DNA from: Oopsacas minuta
Taxonomy: Eukaryota > Animalia > Porifera
Reading direction: 5' to 3'
NCBI GenBank assembly: GCA_024704765.1
Contig: JAKMXF010000323.1
Span: forward strand, 248,001-312,000
Length of the DNA stretch: 64,000 nucleotides
The notes below the pieces were generated by a model. It was not told the origin of the DNA and searched no databases. It saw only the letters and a program-made list of their open reading frames with translations. The position numbers were made by a program, and so were the translations under genes. This document shows, piece after piece, positions 12,887 through 24,280 of the stretch (positions are counted from its first letter, which is position 1; each line of letters starts with the position of its first letter).

Positions 12887-13764
12887 GGACTAGATCTTTA
12901 TTGAAAATGTGTAGACAAGGATTTGATTGACCCAGGATAAAAATATTGTTTCGATTAAGTTTGATATCACAAGGATTGTAGAGAATATCTTTACCAAACT
13001 GAGACTTGTAATGAAGATTTTCTGAGAGTATTTGAATGCGATTGTTATTATAATCACAAATGTAAACATCTCTATTTAATTCATCTATTGTTATACCTTG
13101 AGGATAATTAAACTCTAAATTTCCGTTTCCATCTTTACCAACTTTGGAAATAAACTTTCCATCTAGTTGATAGTTCATTATACAGTGACTGGATTGAGAA
13201 ATAAGAATTCTATTCCCACAAATAGTTAAACCTGTCGGCAGGCTCATCTTATTTTCACCTTTACTGTCTCCGAATTTGAATAGATACTTAGCAGTACTGT
13301 CAAACACTTTAACACAGTTATTCCATTGATCTGTATAATTGATTACTCCAGCTTTCTCCACCAACTTCCCCAACTTATTCACTTCATCTAACAGATTATT
13401 GTTATCAATCAACAAGTTAACCATTTTCGGTTTTACAGGAATTTCCAATAATTCAAACTCTCTATTCAATTCCTTTAAGAAGTTATCATGCAATGTCTTA
13501 ACAGTAGAATTAATTACCATTCCTGTATAAGCGTTTCTGATATTTCAATCTCTTTCTTCTTTCAGTTATCTTTTCAACTTCCATTTTATAAGTACAATAG
13601 CGAGCTAGAATATTCTCCAATTCTTCAATCAATGTATTCTCTCTCACGCTTAAACAGTCTCTCAATTCGACGAATTGAATTTGAATTCTCTCCTTTATTC
13701 GATGTATTTCTAGAATAAAGTTATCTTCTCCATGATCTGTATCTTCTCTATGAGCAGTAGCCAT
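12887..13764 (-). pseudogene. NHL-family pseudogene, 3'-truncated by the Ginger right TIR
   Basis: ATG at 13764 (MATAHRED...ILEIHRIKERI). Frameshift at ~13515. In-frame loss of ~45 aa between INYT and DQWNNCVKV. Homology ends at NKDLVL exactly at the TIR. Confidence 0.85.
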
Positions 13765-13907
13765 TCTACAAATCTTAATTATAAGCTTATTAAACTAAAA
13801 TTGATATAAATAGAATAAGAATACTTTCAATGTAATATAATACTATAGCATTATATACAATACAAATAGATTGTTATGGATATTAAAGTAATACAAGTTA
13901 TTCAATA

Positions 13908-14078
13908 CAGTCAACTTCTCTGGTATATCGAAGCTCAAGGGGCCGTGATAAATACTGCGATACAAATCATGTAATATATATTGCTTTGATGGTTTGAGAC
14001 CATATTTGTATACAATTTATGACTTGATATAATCGGGTATTTTGATGAATCTGTGTTTGATATAACAGGAGTTGACTG
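13908..14078. mobile_element. pogo/Tigger-type MITE (171 bp)
   Basis: TA|CAGTCAACTTCTCTGGTATATCGAA...TTTGATATAACAGGAGTTGACTG|TA. Confidence 0.7.
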
Positions 14079-14371
14079 TAGATATTCGATAGAGACAATG
14101 GCTTTATAAAAATCGTGCAACGTTAATAGGACAGCGTCGATTTATATACTTCGTATTAACAATAATATCCATGGGAATAACGAATAACTTCCATTCAAAG
14201 ACGTAGTCAAGGATCCCTAGATTATCACGAGATTTTAAATATCCAGTGAAGAATTTGAAATACTAGAAATTCTGTGTCCTTTTCCCAAATAATAACCTAA
14301 TTTGCTCCGTATTTTTGATGTAAAACTTAGAATTCCTGTGAATTTTCAAAATCCCTACGATTTAGTCGATA
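14073..14371 (-). repeat. Inverted copy of 8088-8384
   Basis: Reverse-complement match by eye along the whole length. Confidence 0.8.
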
Positions 14372-14993
14372 AATACATAATAGAACGAACAAAATCTTCC
14401 ACGAAGCAGGTTTATCAAAATGATTCTCGACTTTGTGAAATGTTGGTCTCCGTACAGATTGAGGATAATTTGACAATTAAAGATCTGACAGAGTCATAAT
14501 TCTTTATTGTTGTACAACCATACTCAGTTTATATTAAATATAATTTTATTGAAATCAAGACATTTTATTGTGCCTGCCATTTCCAAGATTTCATAAATGT
14601 AAATCTTTCAGAACGTCAGGTACATTATTATGTGGAACTCCCATTTAGTATCCCTTATGGATAGCTAGAACCTGTACTTACCACTTAAATATTAGTACTA
14701 TATAAGCTACCTTTTTCTTCTTCGTGCATTTTCGTATTCAGTGTAAAATTTGTCGCAAGTTCTATTTTGACATTCGAATATCATATCCTTTCAAATACAA
14801 AATGTCCAGCCGCAGGGACGTAGATCCGTAATTTTTCTGGGGATGGAGAATTCAAAACTAGTACTTTTCTACAAATGACAAATATGAATATGCCATAATC
14901 GTAGTCATTAAACTTCCTAACTCGACAAAAAGATAGTTATACAATATTAAAAACAGCTAAGAACATAGATCATAGTATATACAAAATACTTTA

Positions 14994-16278
14994 CGAGGGG
15001 TACTCAATAACTTTTGAGCCTAAGTATCAATCTATATTTATTTACTATAATAGTTCGAAATAGCATCCCTTAGTTTGAATACACTTGTTCATTCGTTTAA
15101 ACCATACTTGAATAGCTTCTTTAAATTCCATTTCGTTGATGTCTCCGATCACTTCTCTGAGGGCCCCCCTCAAGTTCAGAATTCGATGAAAATTTCTGCC
15201 TTTAAGGTATTTTTTTTTAATTCTAGGAAAGAGCCTGAAGTCACAGGGTGCTAGATCTGGAGAATAAGGAGGGGTCTCAAAATATGTAGTCCTGATTCTT
15301 CAATGAATTGTCTTGTCATTTTTTGATGTATGAGAACTGGCATTATCGTGGTGCAAAAAAGTTCCCCTTAATCCTGTGCCAGGACGCTGTAAATTTATTG
15401 CTTTTATGACTAGAGGCAAACAACTCTCTGTATACCAGGTTGAATTAATTGTCACCAGGTTCAAGAAGTACAACAGTTTTAACACCCGTTGTATTAAAAA
15501 ATATTATATACGTTTGTTTCTTGGTGTACTGAGTTCTGAGAACCTTTGTTGGGGGACCTTCTCCAATTTCACACCATTGACGGCTCTGCTGCTTTGTTTC
15601 TGGATCATAGTGATAGATCCATGTTTCATCACCAGTTATTATTTTGGAAACATCTCTACTGTTGCCATTGTTGAATTTTTTAAGCATTTCATGGCACCAT
15701 TTCACTCGATTCTGCTTCTGCTCAGCATGAAGCTGGTGTGGGATCCAGCGGGCACAAACTTTACGTAGCTGAAGGGATTGGTGTAAAACAGTGTGCACTG
15801 CCCCGGATGAGATGCCAATTTCATGCTGAATCCTCTATGTAACATTTGGGTCTGCTATCAGCATGTCCTCAATTGACTCAACAATTCCCTCTGTAACAGC
15901 GTATGGGGGTGGTCCAGGGCGGGGTTGGTCTTCAAGATGAAAATTCCCAATCTTAAATTCTCTCTACCATCTTTTCACTGTTGCCGCAGATACCTTGTTA
16001 TTTTGAAAGGCTGTACAGAAATTTTGATAATGTTCTTTTATTGTTTCAAAAGTTGGAACTGAAAAAGTATTATCGCATGAATATCACACCTTGAATACTT
16101 TATTGAGGATTTGGTAACTAAGGAATCCATAGATAATAAAACTACTGATATCTGAAAAGTATACAAGATAAAGTTACAAAATTTTCAGCGAAGTATATTT
16201 ATCCCATGTTTATTCGAAACAAGTAATGGTATATTTGTATAAGAGCTCGCAGGCTCAAAACTTATTGAGTGCCCCTCG
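14994..16278 (-). mobile_element. Mariner (DD34D) element, 1285 bp, decayed transposase ~15045-16130
   Basis: 28-bp TIRs CGAGGGG(T/C)ACTCAATAA(C/G)TTTTGAGCCT with TA TSD. Motifs WIPHQL, ITGDETWIYHY, LHHDNA, YSPDLAPCDF, KCIQTKGCYFE*. Stops and frameshifts in the N-terminal half. Confidence 0.93.
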
Positions 16279-16665
16279 TATACTTGGTAGTGTGAAAAGA
16301 ACCTATTGATTTAATATGCCTAGATTAAAGTATAAATTATTCGAAGAGACTTTACGAGTGCGAATTATTAATAAGCACGATAAAAATTATTTACAAGTAT
16401 ACATTTATCCGGATTATAACATATATTTCAATCCTGTCCAGCCGACAGACTGGGAGTGCGTGCAGCTCAGGATTATCAAATAACTTATATATCTAGCTCA
16501 GCAATACTATAGTACAGTTTTTGTGTATTAGCTTTTCTATCTTCGAGGAAAGGTCATTTTTCGGATTAATGAAAGTCACCTTTTCGAATGAGGGTATGGG
16601 TTTTGTATGGCAAAAAACTGCACTTCACTATAGCTCAGCTATATACCAGGGATCTTATTGGTATA

Positions 16666-17085
16666 TAGGTATCACCAATCGTGCGATCACGATCACAATC
16701 TGTTTTTGACGATCGTAGGATGATCGCAGATCATTTTATACACAGTGATCGAGTGTAAGATCGCGATAATTTTTCCCCGAATATTTTCGATCACATTTCG
16801 ATCTTACTTTAAGCAGACATAATTGAAAATTTGCGAATCTAGACCCCAAAATGTATATATAAATTTGTGTACTAATTGTTATTGCATTCGGAATGGTAGA
16901 TTTCGCATGCCCGCCCGCGCCCGTACTGACGGACTCCCGCAGTAATAGAGCATCTCCCTATATTAGGTGCTAATAAATTTCAGAAATATGATCGGAAAAT
17001 GATCGTGATTGTGATCGCGATACTTTTTGGGGCAAAGATCGGAATCACGATCTCCGTTTATTTTTTATTGAACGATCCGGACCTA
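16666..17085. repeat. GATC-rich MITE-like repeat (TAGG...CCTA) with an internal insertion at ~16810-16980
   Basis: Dense gatcg/cgatc motifs, with a related patch at ~23790-23895. The insert resembles ~3860-4020 (gaccccaaaatgtatat...cggac...ctccctata). No TSD found. Confidence 0.4.
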
Positions 17086-17924
17086 CCATTGGCTCAGCTC
17101 CCACTCTTAACCCTTTAGTAGTGATTATGCAAATATTGTTCACTTAGAAGGGTATTGCAATCTTGCCAACAGTGCGAATTTGGCTAGTTGTCCCGATATG
17201 TTGGCCATACATTTATTGTTATGTCAGGTTAAATCATGCCTCTTTGGGTTGCCCTGGAATTGCTACAATTGCTTTAAAGTTGTCAGTAACCCTAATCATA
17301 CAGAGAGTGCTAGAATTCCCAGTAATCCAGGGATTGCCCCGGGTTGCTGACCGTAGCCCTGGAATAACCAAGAACATCTAGCAACCCCTAGCTACGCCTA
17401 TGTATATACATAATTTGTACATTAGAACCTCTTAAGTAGGTGAGGTCGGGACTCGGGAAGGAGAATTTTATGATATCACTATATTCTACACTTATATTTT
17501 CACCTGAAATGTCTTTAACTAGAGCTTTAGGGGTTTATTCAAATATTTTGGGAGTGACCTTGATAAATGTAAAGAATTCAATATATCACATTGATAAATA
17601 CCTGAATTATACAAATGTAGAACACAAAATGATCATCTAGGGTTTTTCGTAGAATTCCCCTCATTTAGATTTGAATTTCTATGAAGTGCATGATGGTGAG
17701 ACCAAAATTCCCCCGCTAATGAGGTTATACTGTAATACAATTAATTGTAGCTTTTGTGGCCAATGGTAACACCCAATATCGACGGTTATCATCACACAAG
17801 TTAGCTAGGTGATGATTTCAATACTATGTCTCCTTACTAAACTATATTCGGAAGGGACAGTATAGGGTTAGCAATTTACCATTCTAATCACGCCATTGGG
17901 GTTATTCTGTATGTGTACCACATA

Positions 17925-20041
17925 TCTATATTATTAAATCTCAATTGTTGTTTGTTAGTCCGTTGTCAAGGAAAGGATTTACGGTATGCAATTTTGAATG
18001 ATCGTATAACTATGTATTTATCGTGTTTATCAAGGAAGTAAATAGAATTCAATAAACTTCGTTTAATATATCGAACATGCTGAATCCGATTTTCACACTT
18101 TTGGATTAATCTAAAGTAATTAATTGTTGTTTTTGTGAATACGAAGGGCACTCGAAAAGTTTTGACGTTGACCGACATATCAGATAGTAATAATAAAATT
18201 GACTATTACATTTTTCAAAATACTCTCCCTGACAATCTATTACATTTTTTCATTCTGGTAAACCAATTATTCAAAACATTTTTTCCACTCTTCTTTGGGT
18301 ATGTCTCCGATCGCTTGGAAAAGTGCCCCTCTCAACTCCTCCCACGTAATTGATCTTTGAGTCTAGGGAACAACCAGAAGTCGCAAGGGGCGAAATCAGG
18401 ACTGTCGGGTGGGTGAGGTACTGATTTGAGTCCAGAATTTTCCAAAAACTCACGAGTTCTGATTGCCGTATGCGATGATGCATTATCATGATGAAGAAGA
18501 ATTCCTCTAATGACTGTCTTCTCCTGCTGTGACTCAATTGCTGTGATGACTTTGTGTAGGCACACTGTAGTGTACCAGTCGGCAGTAACAGTCTTTCTAT
18601 CCTCGAGAGCAACAGCTTCCACAAACCCACTAGATCTGAAAAAATCGCCCACATTTGTTTCCAAACAGATCTAGCCCTCCGCACTTTGGTTGGAGGTGGG
18701 GCATCTTCTTCAACCCACTCCTTTGACATTCGCTTTGTTTCTGGATCATAATGGTATATCCATGTGTCATCACCTGTAAGGATCTCAGAAACAGCTCTTG
18801 AACTTCTATTAGCAAACCTTTTGAGAATAATTTTGCAAAGTCTATGCGGGATATTTTTTGCTTTAAGTTCAAAGAATGGGGGATCCATCGGGCACACAAC
18901 TCCCTGACACAAAGCTCTTTGTGCAAAATGATATTAATTGTCCCCCATGATAACTCGGTTTCATACTCTAACTGAGCGTACGTAATAGGATCTTTAGTAA
19001 TTAGAGCTAGCATTTCGTTAACATTTTCTTCATTATGTGAAATATTCGGTCTTCCTGAACGAGGGGCATCTTCAAGAACAAAGTTTCCGTGAATAAATTC
19101 CCTATACCATCGTTCAACTGTACTTAGAGAAGGAACTAGATCCGGGAAATGTTCCTGTAAAGATTCATAGATTTCTACTCTTGTCTTCTGTAGTTTGAAT
19201 AAGATCAAAATCATTGCTCGAAAATCACGTTTTGTGAGATCTGATTTAGTTTGAGATATTTTAGAAGCCATGTATACTAAATTATCTAATTTATGAAAGT
19301 AGAAGAGATAAATGAATGAAAGTTTCAAAATAGACTAATAAAATATGTCTGAAAAGATGGATGCGGAAAAATATCCGACAGATTAATGGTTTCATATCAA
19401 ACGGCAAAACTTTTCGAGTGCCCCTCGTATAAAGTAAACAAATTATCCAAATCTCAAAATATACGTACAGTCTTGCTCTAAACGGCTACCCAGAGGTAAC
19501 TAAGTACTCTGAATCCGAATTTCGCATTTTCAAGTTTCTCATATGTAAATTTATTATTTTTTTTAGGTACATAAACTAAACAAGTATCAAAATTGAGGTA
19601 AAATCATGCTTTTAACGACTATACTGGGGTAATCGAGTATGCTGAGTCCTAATATGGTATTGTAAACAAGATCAATATTATTATATCTCAATTGTTGTTT
19701 GTCTGTTTGTTTGTCCGTTGAAAGGAATTATATTGTTATTTTATGAATAGGCTTCCTCTAAACGGCTGCATGGGTGTAACACAATACGCTGAATCCGAAA
19801 TCGCATTTTCGAGGTTCTCATATTTAAATTTATTGTTGTTTATGAATATAAAGGAAACAAATTAGCAAAATTTCGAAATTTAGGTAGATACTTGCTCTCA
19901 CTGCTTTAAAGGGGATTGATCTTACATGTGCCATATACGTATATTTGTGAATTACATTGTTCTCAATATATCTATATTATAATACTCAAAGGAGCCGTCA
20001 ATTGGGAGAATAATGGATACCTTGAGGTGCAATGCGCCTCG
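17925..20041 (+). mobile_element. Non-autonomous Helitron-like family copy, interrupted by a mariner; 3' end altered
   Basis: A|TCTATATTATTAAATCTCAATTGTTG start and (CTGT/TTGT) microsatellite. Collinear with 51405-51970 and 31132-31569. Confidence 0.7.
18142..19427 (-). mobile_element. Mariner (DD34D) element, 1286 bp, frameshifted transposase (ATG 19271)
   Basis: TIR CGA(A/G)GGGCACTCGAAAAGTTTTG(A/C)CGTT with TA TSD. Motifs WIPHSL, LTGDDTWIYHYDPE, LHHDNA, SPDFAPCDFWLFP. Empty site visible in the homologous repeat at ~51620-51640. Confidence 0.93.
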
Positions 20042-21437
20042 AGATGTATATTTTAATATCATACATTACAAAATTGTAATGATGTAATATATCAATAGCT
20101 AATTTATTTATAGTACCTATAATATATATTTTGAATTAAATATGATCTCATCTATCATATAGTATTTCAACCTTCGTATCATTGCGTTACTCTTCTGGAG
20201 TCATGCAATCTATTGACGAATAACATATTTCCCAAGTCCCTGCCCTCCAGCAAGACCTGTATTATTTTACATCGAATCAAATAATTCATTGGTTGTGAGA
20301 ATTTGTCACAGAAGAATAAAGCTCACGATTACAGATTTTCAATCAGATCATTATGCGCTCTTCAGATTTTGAGCCCGCTTCTGACCCATATTCCATGTCA
20401 CAAACATAAGGAGCAGACATTTCGTAATTAAAACGAATATTCTTCCCTACCCAGTTCACATTTTTAGTCTAATGAGAAAAGTGTAAATAAACTGACATTT
20501 AGTGGATAATTATCAGTGCATATAGCGTTAATTTATATATTATATCTTTCGATGTTTGAAATAGTCTTAGTAACAATAGGAAAGGGTCGTGGCAGAGGTA
20601 CAACTAAGAGGGACTAGAAGTAGAATTGTAGGTAAAAGACTAGACGCCATCATAGAAAACACAGTTTTAGGTGGATCTTCAGGATGGCCAATAGAACCTA
20701 TTATTTACGACCTTTATAGCTGGCATCACTGCGTATGTGTACTTCATCCATTGTAGTATTACTTGTTGCTCTCTTCGTTAAATGAGGATGAAAACTCTTT
20801 AAGTACTTTTAGATAATCGCTATCTAAGCCATTAGAATTTTTATTTTGAGGATATTAAGTTCATGCGGTATATTTAAAATATTTTTGTAGGTCAATAAGT
20901 CATATTCAGTTTTGGATTCTTCAGGTTCAAATTACCCTACAAACAATGAATAACAAATGCTTTAACACGGTTATTCCAGCTCACTTTTCAGGATTTGGAA
21001 CCAGACTATACGAGCAGGAGGTTATCCAGGCTTATGCAGTGGGGGCATAAATTTGGCATATATATCTCTAGGCGTACGAATATTTCTCTTTAGGCGTAGA
21101 AACTCTTATATCGTAATAAAAAATGTATAGTCTAGGCGTATAAATTTGTTAGAATCCATTTCTAGGCGTATGGCCTTGAAAACCTGGATGAAACCTAGTA
21201 TACAAGTAATATCCGAATCTAGTCAACATCCGTTATTACAGTACCTTAGTACCATTTCAGCATCTTATAGTATTATAATTGTTTTGCAATTGCTAGATGA
21301 TGTAATTATGGGCGGACGCAAGTTATCATCTATTACCTAACAAAACGCAAATGATATATGACAACATTAATAATTCAATTTATACATATATCAAACAAAT
21401 ATTTTTGAAATGACAATAAGATTAAAACTTCTTCAAT

Positions 21438-24280
21438 ATGGGCACCTGGAATGGATTCACTATTTGTTTTGTAATTTCAATTGTCAGTGCATATATCACT
21501 CTCAATGTAGAAACCGGCTTTGTAACTGAGTTTGATAGTAAATGGAATGACTGGAAATACGAGCAGAATAAGGAATACAAATCAAAAGAAGAGGAACTAG
21601 CTCGCAAGATTATCTTTATAGAAAATCTGCTTTACATAGACTCATTCAACAAAGAAGACCATTCATTTACGTTGGGTCTCAACCAATTTGCTGATCTAGT
21701 GAGTTAATTAAGTATTTCTAAAAATCTGGCCTATTAAATAAGCCCAAATACCGATACTATTAATACAGTAAAGTCTCATTTATACGAACACGGTTAAGAA
21801 CTAACTCCAGATAAGGAGTGCGAATTTTGGCAGTCCCCTGGTGTACGTATAACGAGAGGTTACTATACTATGTTTATTCTTATTATCACTGAGTATTAAT
21901 TAGTGTCCACTATGTAGACTAATTCTGAGTACAGAGAACAATACTTGAGTCCTATTAAAGATAGCGAACCTAGGTCAACCAATGGGACATTACAAATATT
22001 TGACTCGATAATTCCTAGTATTGACTGGAGGACTAAAGGCGCTGTCGGTGCGATAAAAAATCAGGTGAGTATGTTTATTATATAGAATGCAAGCCTAGAA
22101 ATATTGATAATTTACTGATTGGATGCTGCTTAAATATATAATTTAGTCATCAATTGTACTAAGCGTAAAATAAAAGCATAAGTTTGCCGGTTTTTCGGGG
22201 ACGAATTTTCAGTGCATAACAAAAAGGAGAATTGAAGATAGTGGTTAAATTCCAATAAATGGGATAAATGCATTAGAACCTGCCAAATTTTGGATTTTCT
22301 AGATTGGGTGCCAAATGCTATGGAGGAAGGATGTATTTCTAAGGCCACATCTAAATGACTCTGCCATTGTGGTTTTATGTCATGCCTGGCGAAATACACA
22401 GTGGAAAATCCCAAAGAGGGACAGCCTATAAACAGGTTGAATGTACGAATCTCATTCAACCGAAAGAGAATTGATAAATTGATAAACAAAATTTCAGATA
22501 AGAATAGCTTAATATGAAATTACCACTCAATTATTATATTCACGCGACGGAAATACCGCGAAGGGAATTAACGCTATTAATTAAAAATACTAAGATACAT
22601 GAATTAACGCAAGCAAATTCCCACACACTCACTCCCGCAAGGTACGCCCTTGGTGTCAATAAATACCCCCACACTATTCATTCGTATATATATATTATTT
22701 ATAGTATAACTGTAAATGTGGATGGGCTTTCAGCGCTACAGCTGCTCTGGAAGGTCAGAATGCGATCAAAACAGGTGGTTTTGAGGTTTTATCTGAACAG
22801 CAGCTACTTGATTGCTCACAAGGATATGGGAACAATGGGTGCTATGGAGGATCCGTTTATAATTCATATCGTTATTGGCAATATTACAGAGAAGAAAGAC
22901 AAAGTGCTTACCCATACGAAGCAAAAGTAAGTTTTTGAAGGAAGGTATATCAGTGTTATTTGTAGCTGCGCGACAGAATATACTCAACACTACGAGCCTC
23001 AAATTCTCGGAATAGTTAAATTTACTATCTTATTTTCAATTGGAACTTCCGAATTTGACTTTGAAATTCTGAGATATTGAATATCTTGTGTTTAACAACA
23101 AAATAAACATAATTCAGTAAAACCTGACTAAATATATGCATAGTAAATGAGGCGTTATTTTCATTAAAAATATTCTTCTATAGGGTGGTAATAAATTGTA
23201 TTCCCTTGTATTGGAGCATTTTTCTTGCCCCGGTGCTTATTCAGAGAAATACGGTAAACATCTGCATATTTAGTTTATTATCTTTGTGAATATAAAGTAA
23301 ACAATAATAAAATGTACTTAGGGATTTACTCTTAACTGTTAAAATGGGGTAACAAAGTATACTGAACCCGAATTTCGCACTTCCAAGGTAGTCATGTGTA
23401 AACAATTGTTGTTCTTATGGAAATATTCGAGGTACGAAGTGCAAAGTTAAATGCGAAACAGCTCGTTATCTCAAAATTTAAGTATAATTAAGGGTTAATT
23501 TTGACCCGGTTTATGAAATGACGATACATGAATGTAACTATATTAATTGCCTAAATGTTTTATCAAAAGAAGTAACATTGTTTAATTCGTAAACCATATT
23601 ACAACCATCTATGAAATTTTAAATAATTTAATATTCAGATCGCTAATCACGATGTCATAATTTGAATTGGGTCACATGAGACTAAGGGTGGCTCATTAGA
23701 AGCTATTTAGTGTTTTTAATGGATTATCATATCCGAAATCCCTAAGAAAGTACATCTACATTTTGGGCAAATACATTTTTTATAGGAAATTAACGCGATA
23801 GAGGGAAAATTTTTAAAAAGTGATCGTAAAAATATCCTTTTTGGCGCAAGATCGAAGATATCGATCATTATTATTAATTTACGATCGTGATCGAATGTTT
23901 AATTATTTTTTTTCTAGGTCGGAAGTTGTAGGTATGATCCCGGCAAAGGAATTGTAGATCCGATTAACTATTTTACATTCTTAAGTCGTGGTTGCTGTAC
24001 TTGTGTGATGTATGCCTTGTATTACAATGGACCTATTTCGGTTGGAATTGATGCATCACAACCATCCTTTCAATTCTACCGAGACGGATTATATACTGAC
24101 AATAATTGCAACAGGTATAACCTCAACCATGCAGTACTGATTAGCGCATACTACCAACCTGAGGACTACTATTGGGTGAAGAATAGCTACGGAAGTAGTT
24201 GGGGAATAGACGGAAACTTCAAGATTAAGCCTCTAACGAATATGTGTGGGATATGCCAACAAGGAAGCTATCCTGCTTAA
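21438..24280 (+). CDS. Cathepsin-L-like (papain C1A) protein, 330 aa, 4 exons, catalytic Cys replaced by Gly
   Basis: Exons 21438-21698, 21918-22064, 22705-22926, 23918-24280. All introns are phase 0 GT-AG and the frame is open. Signal peptide, I29 prodomain (W..WK..KEY..EEE.ARK..F.EN...LGLNQFADL), IDWRTKGAV..IKNQ, YNCKCGWAFS, SEQQLLDCS, GCYGG, NGPISVGID, LNHAV, WVKNSYG..WG..G, MCGI. Confidence 0.93.
21766..21865. mobile_element. pogo-type MITE in cathepsin intron 1 (related copy ~24905-25046)
   Basis: TA|CAGTAAAGTCTCATTTATACGAACAC...GTATAACGAGAGGTTACTA|TA. Shared atacgaacacggttaagaa and gataaggagt..aattttggcagt. Confidence 0.55.

Noticed and set aside
22705-22731. Silicatein
   Set aside because: Silicateins have Ser at the nucleophile (…ASYAF) and a serine-rich cluster. 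Here it is Gly-Trp-Ala-Phe with no such cluster.
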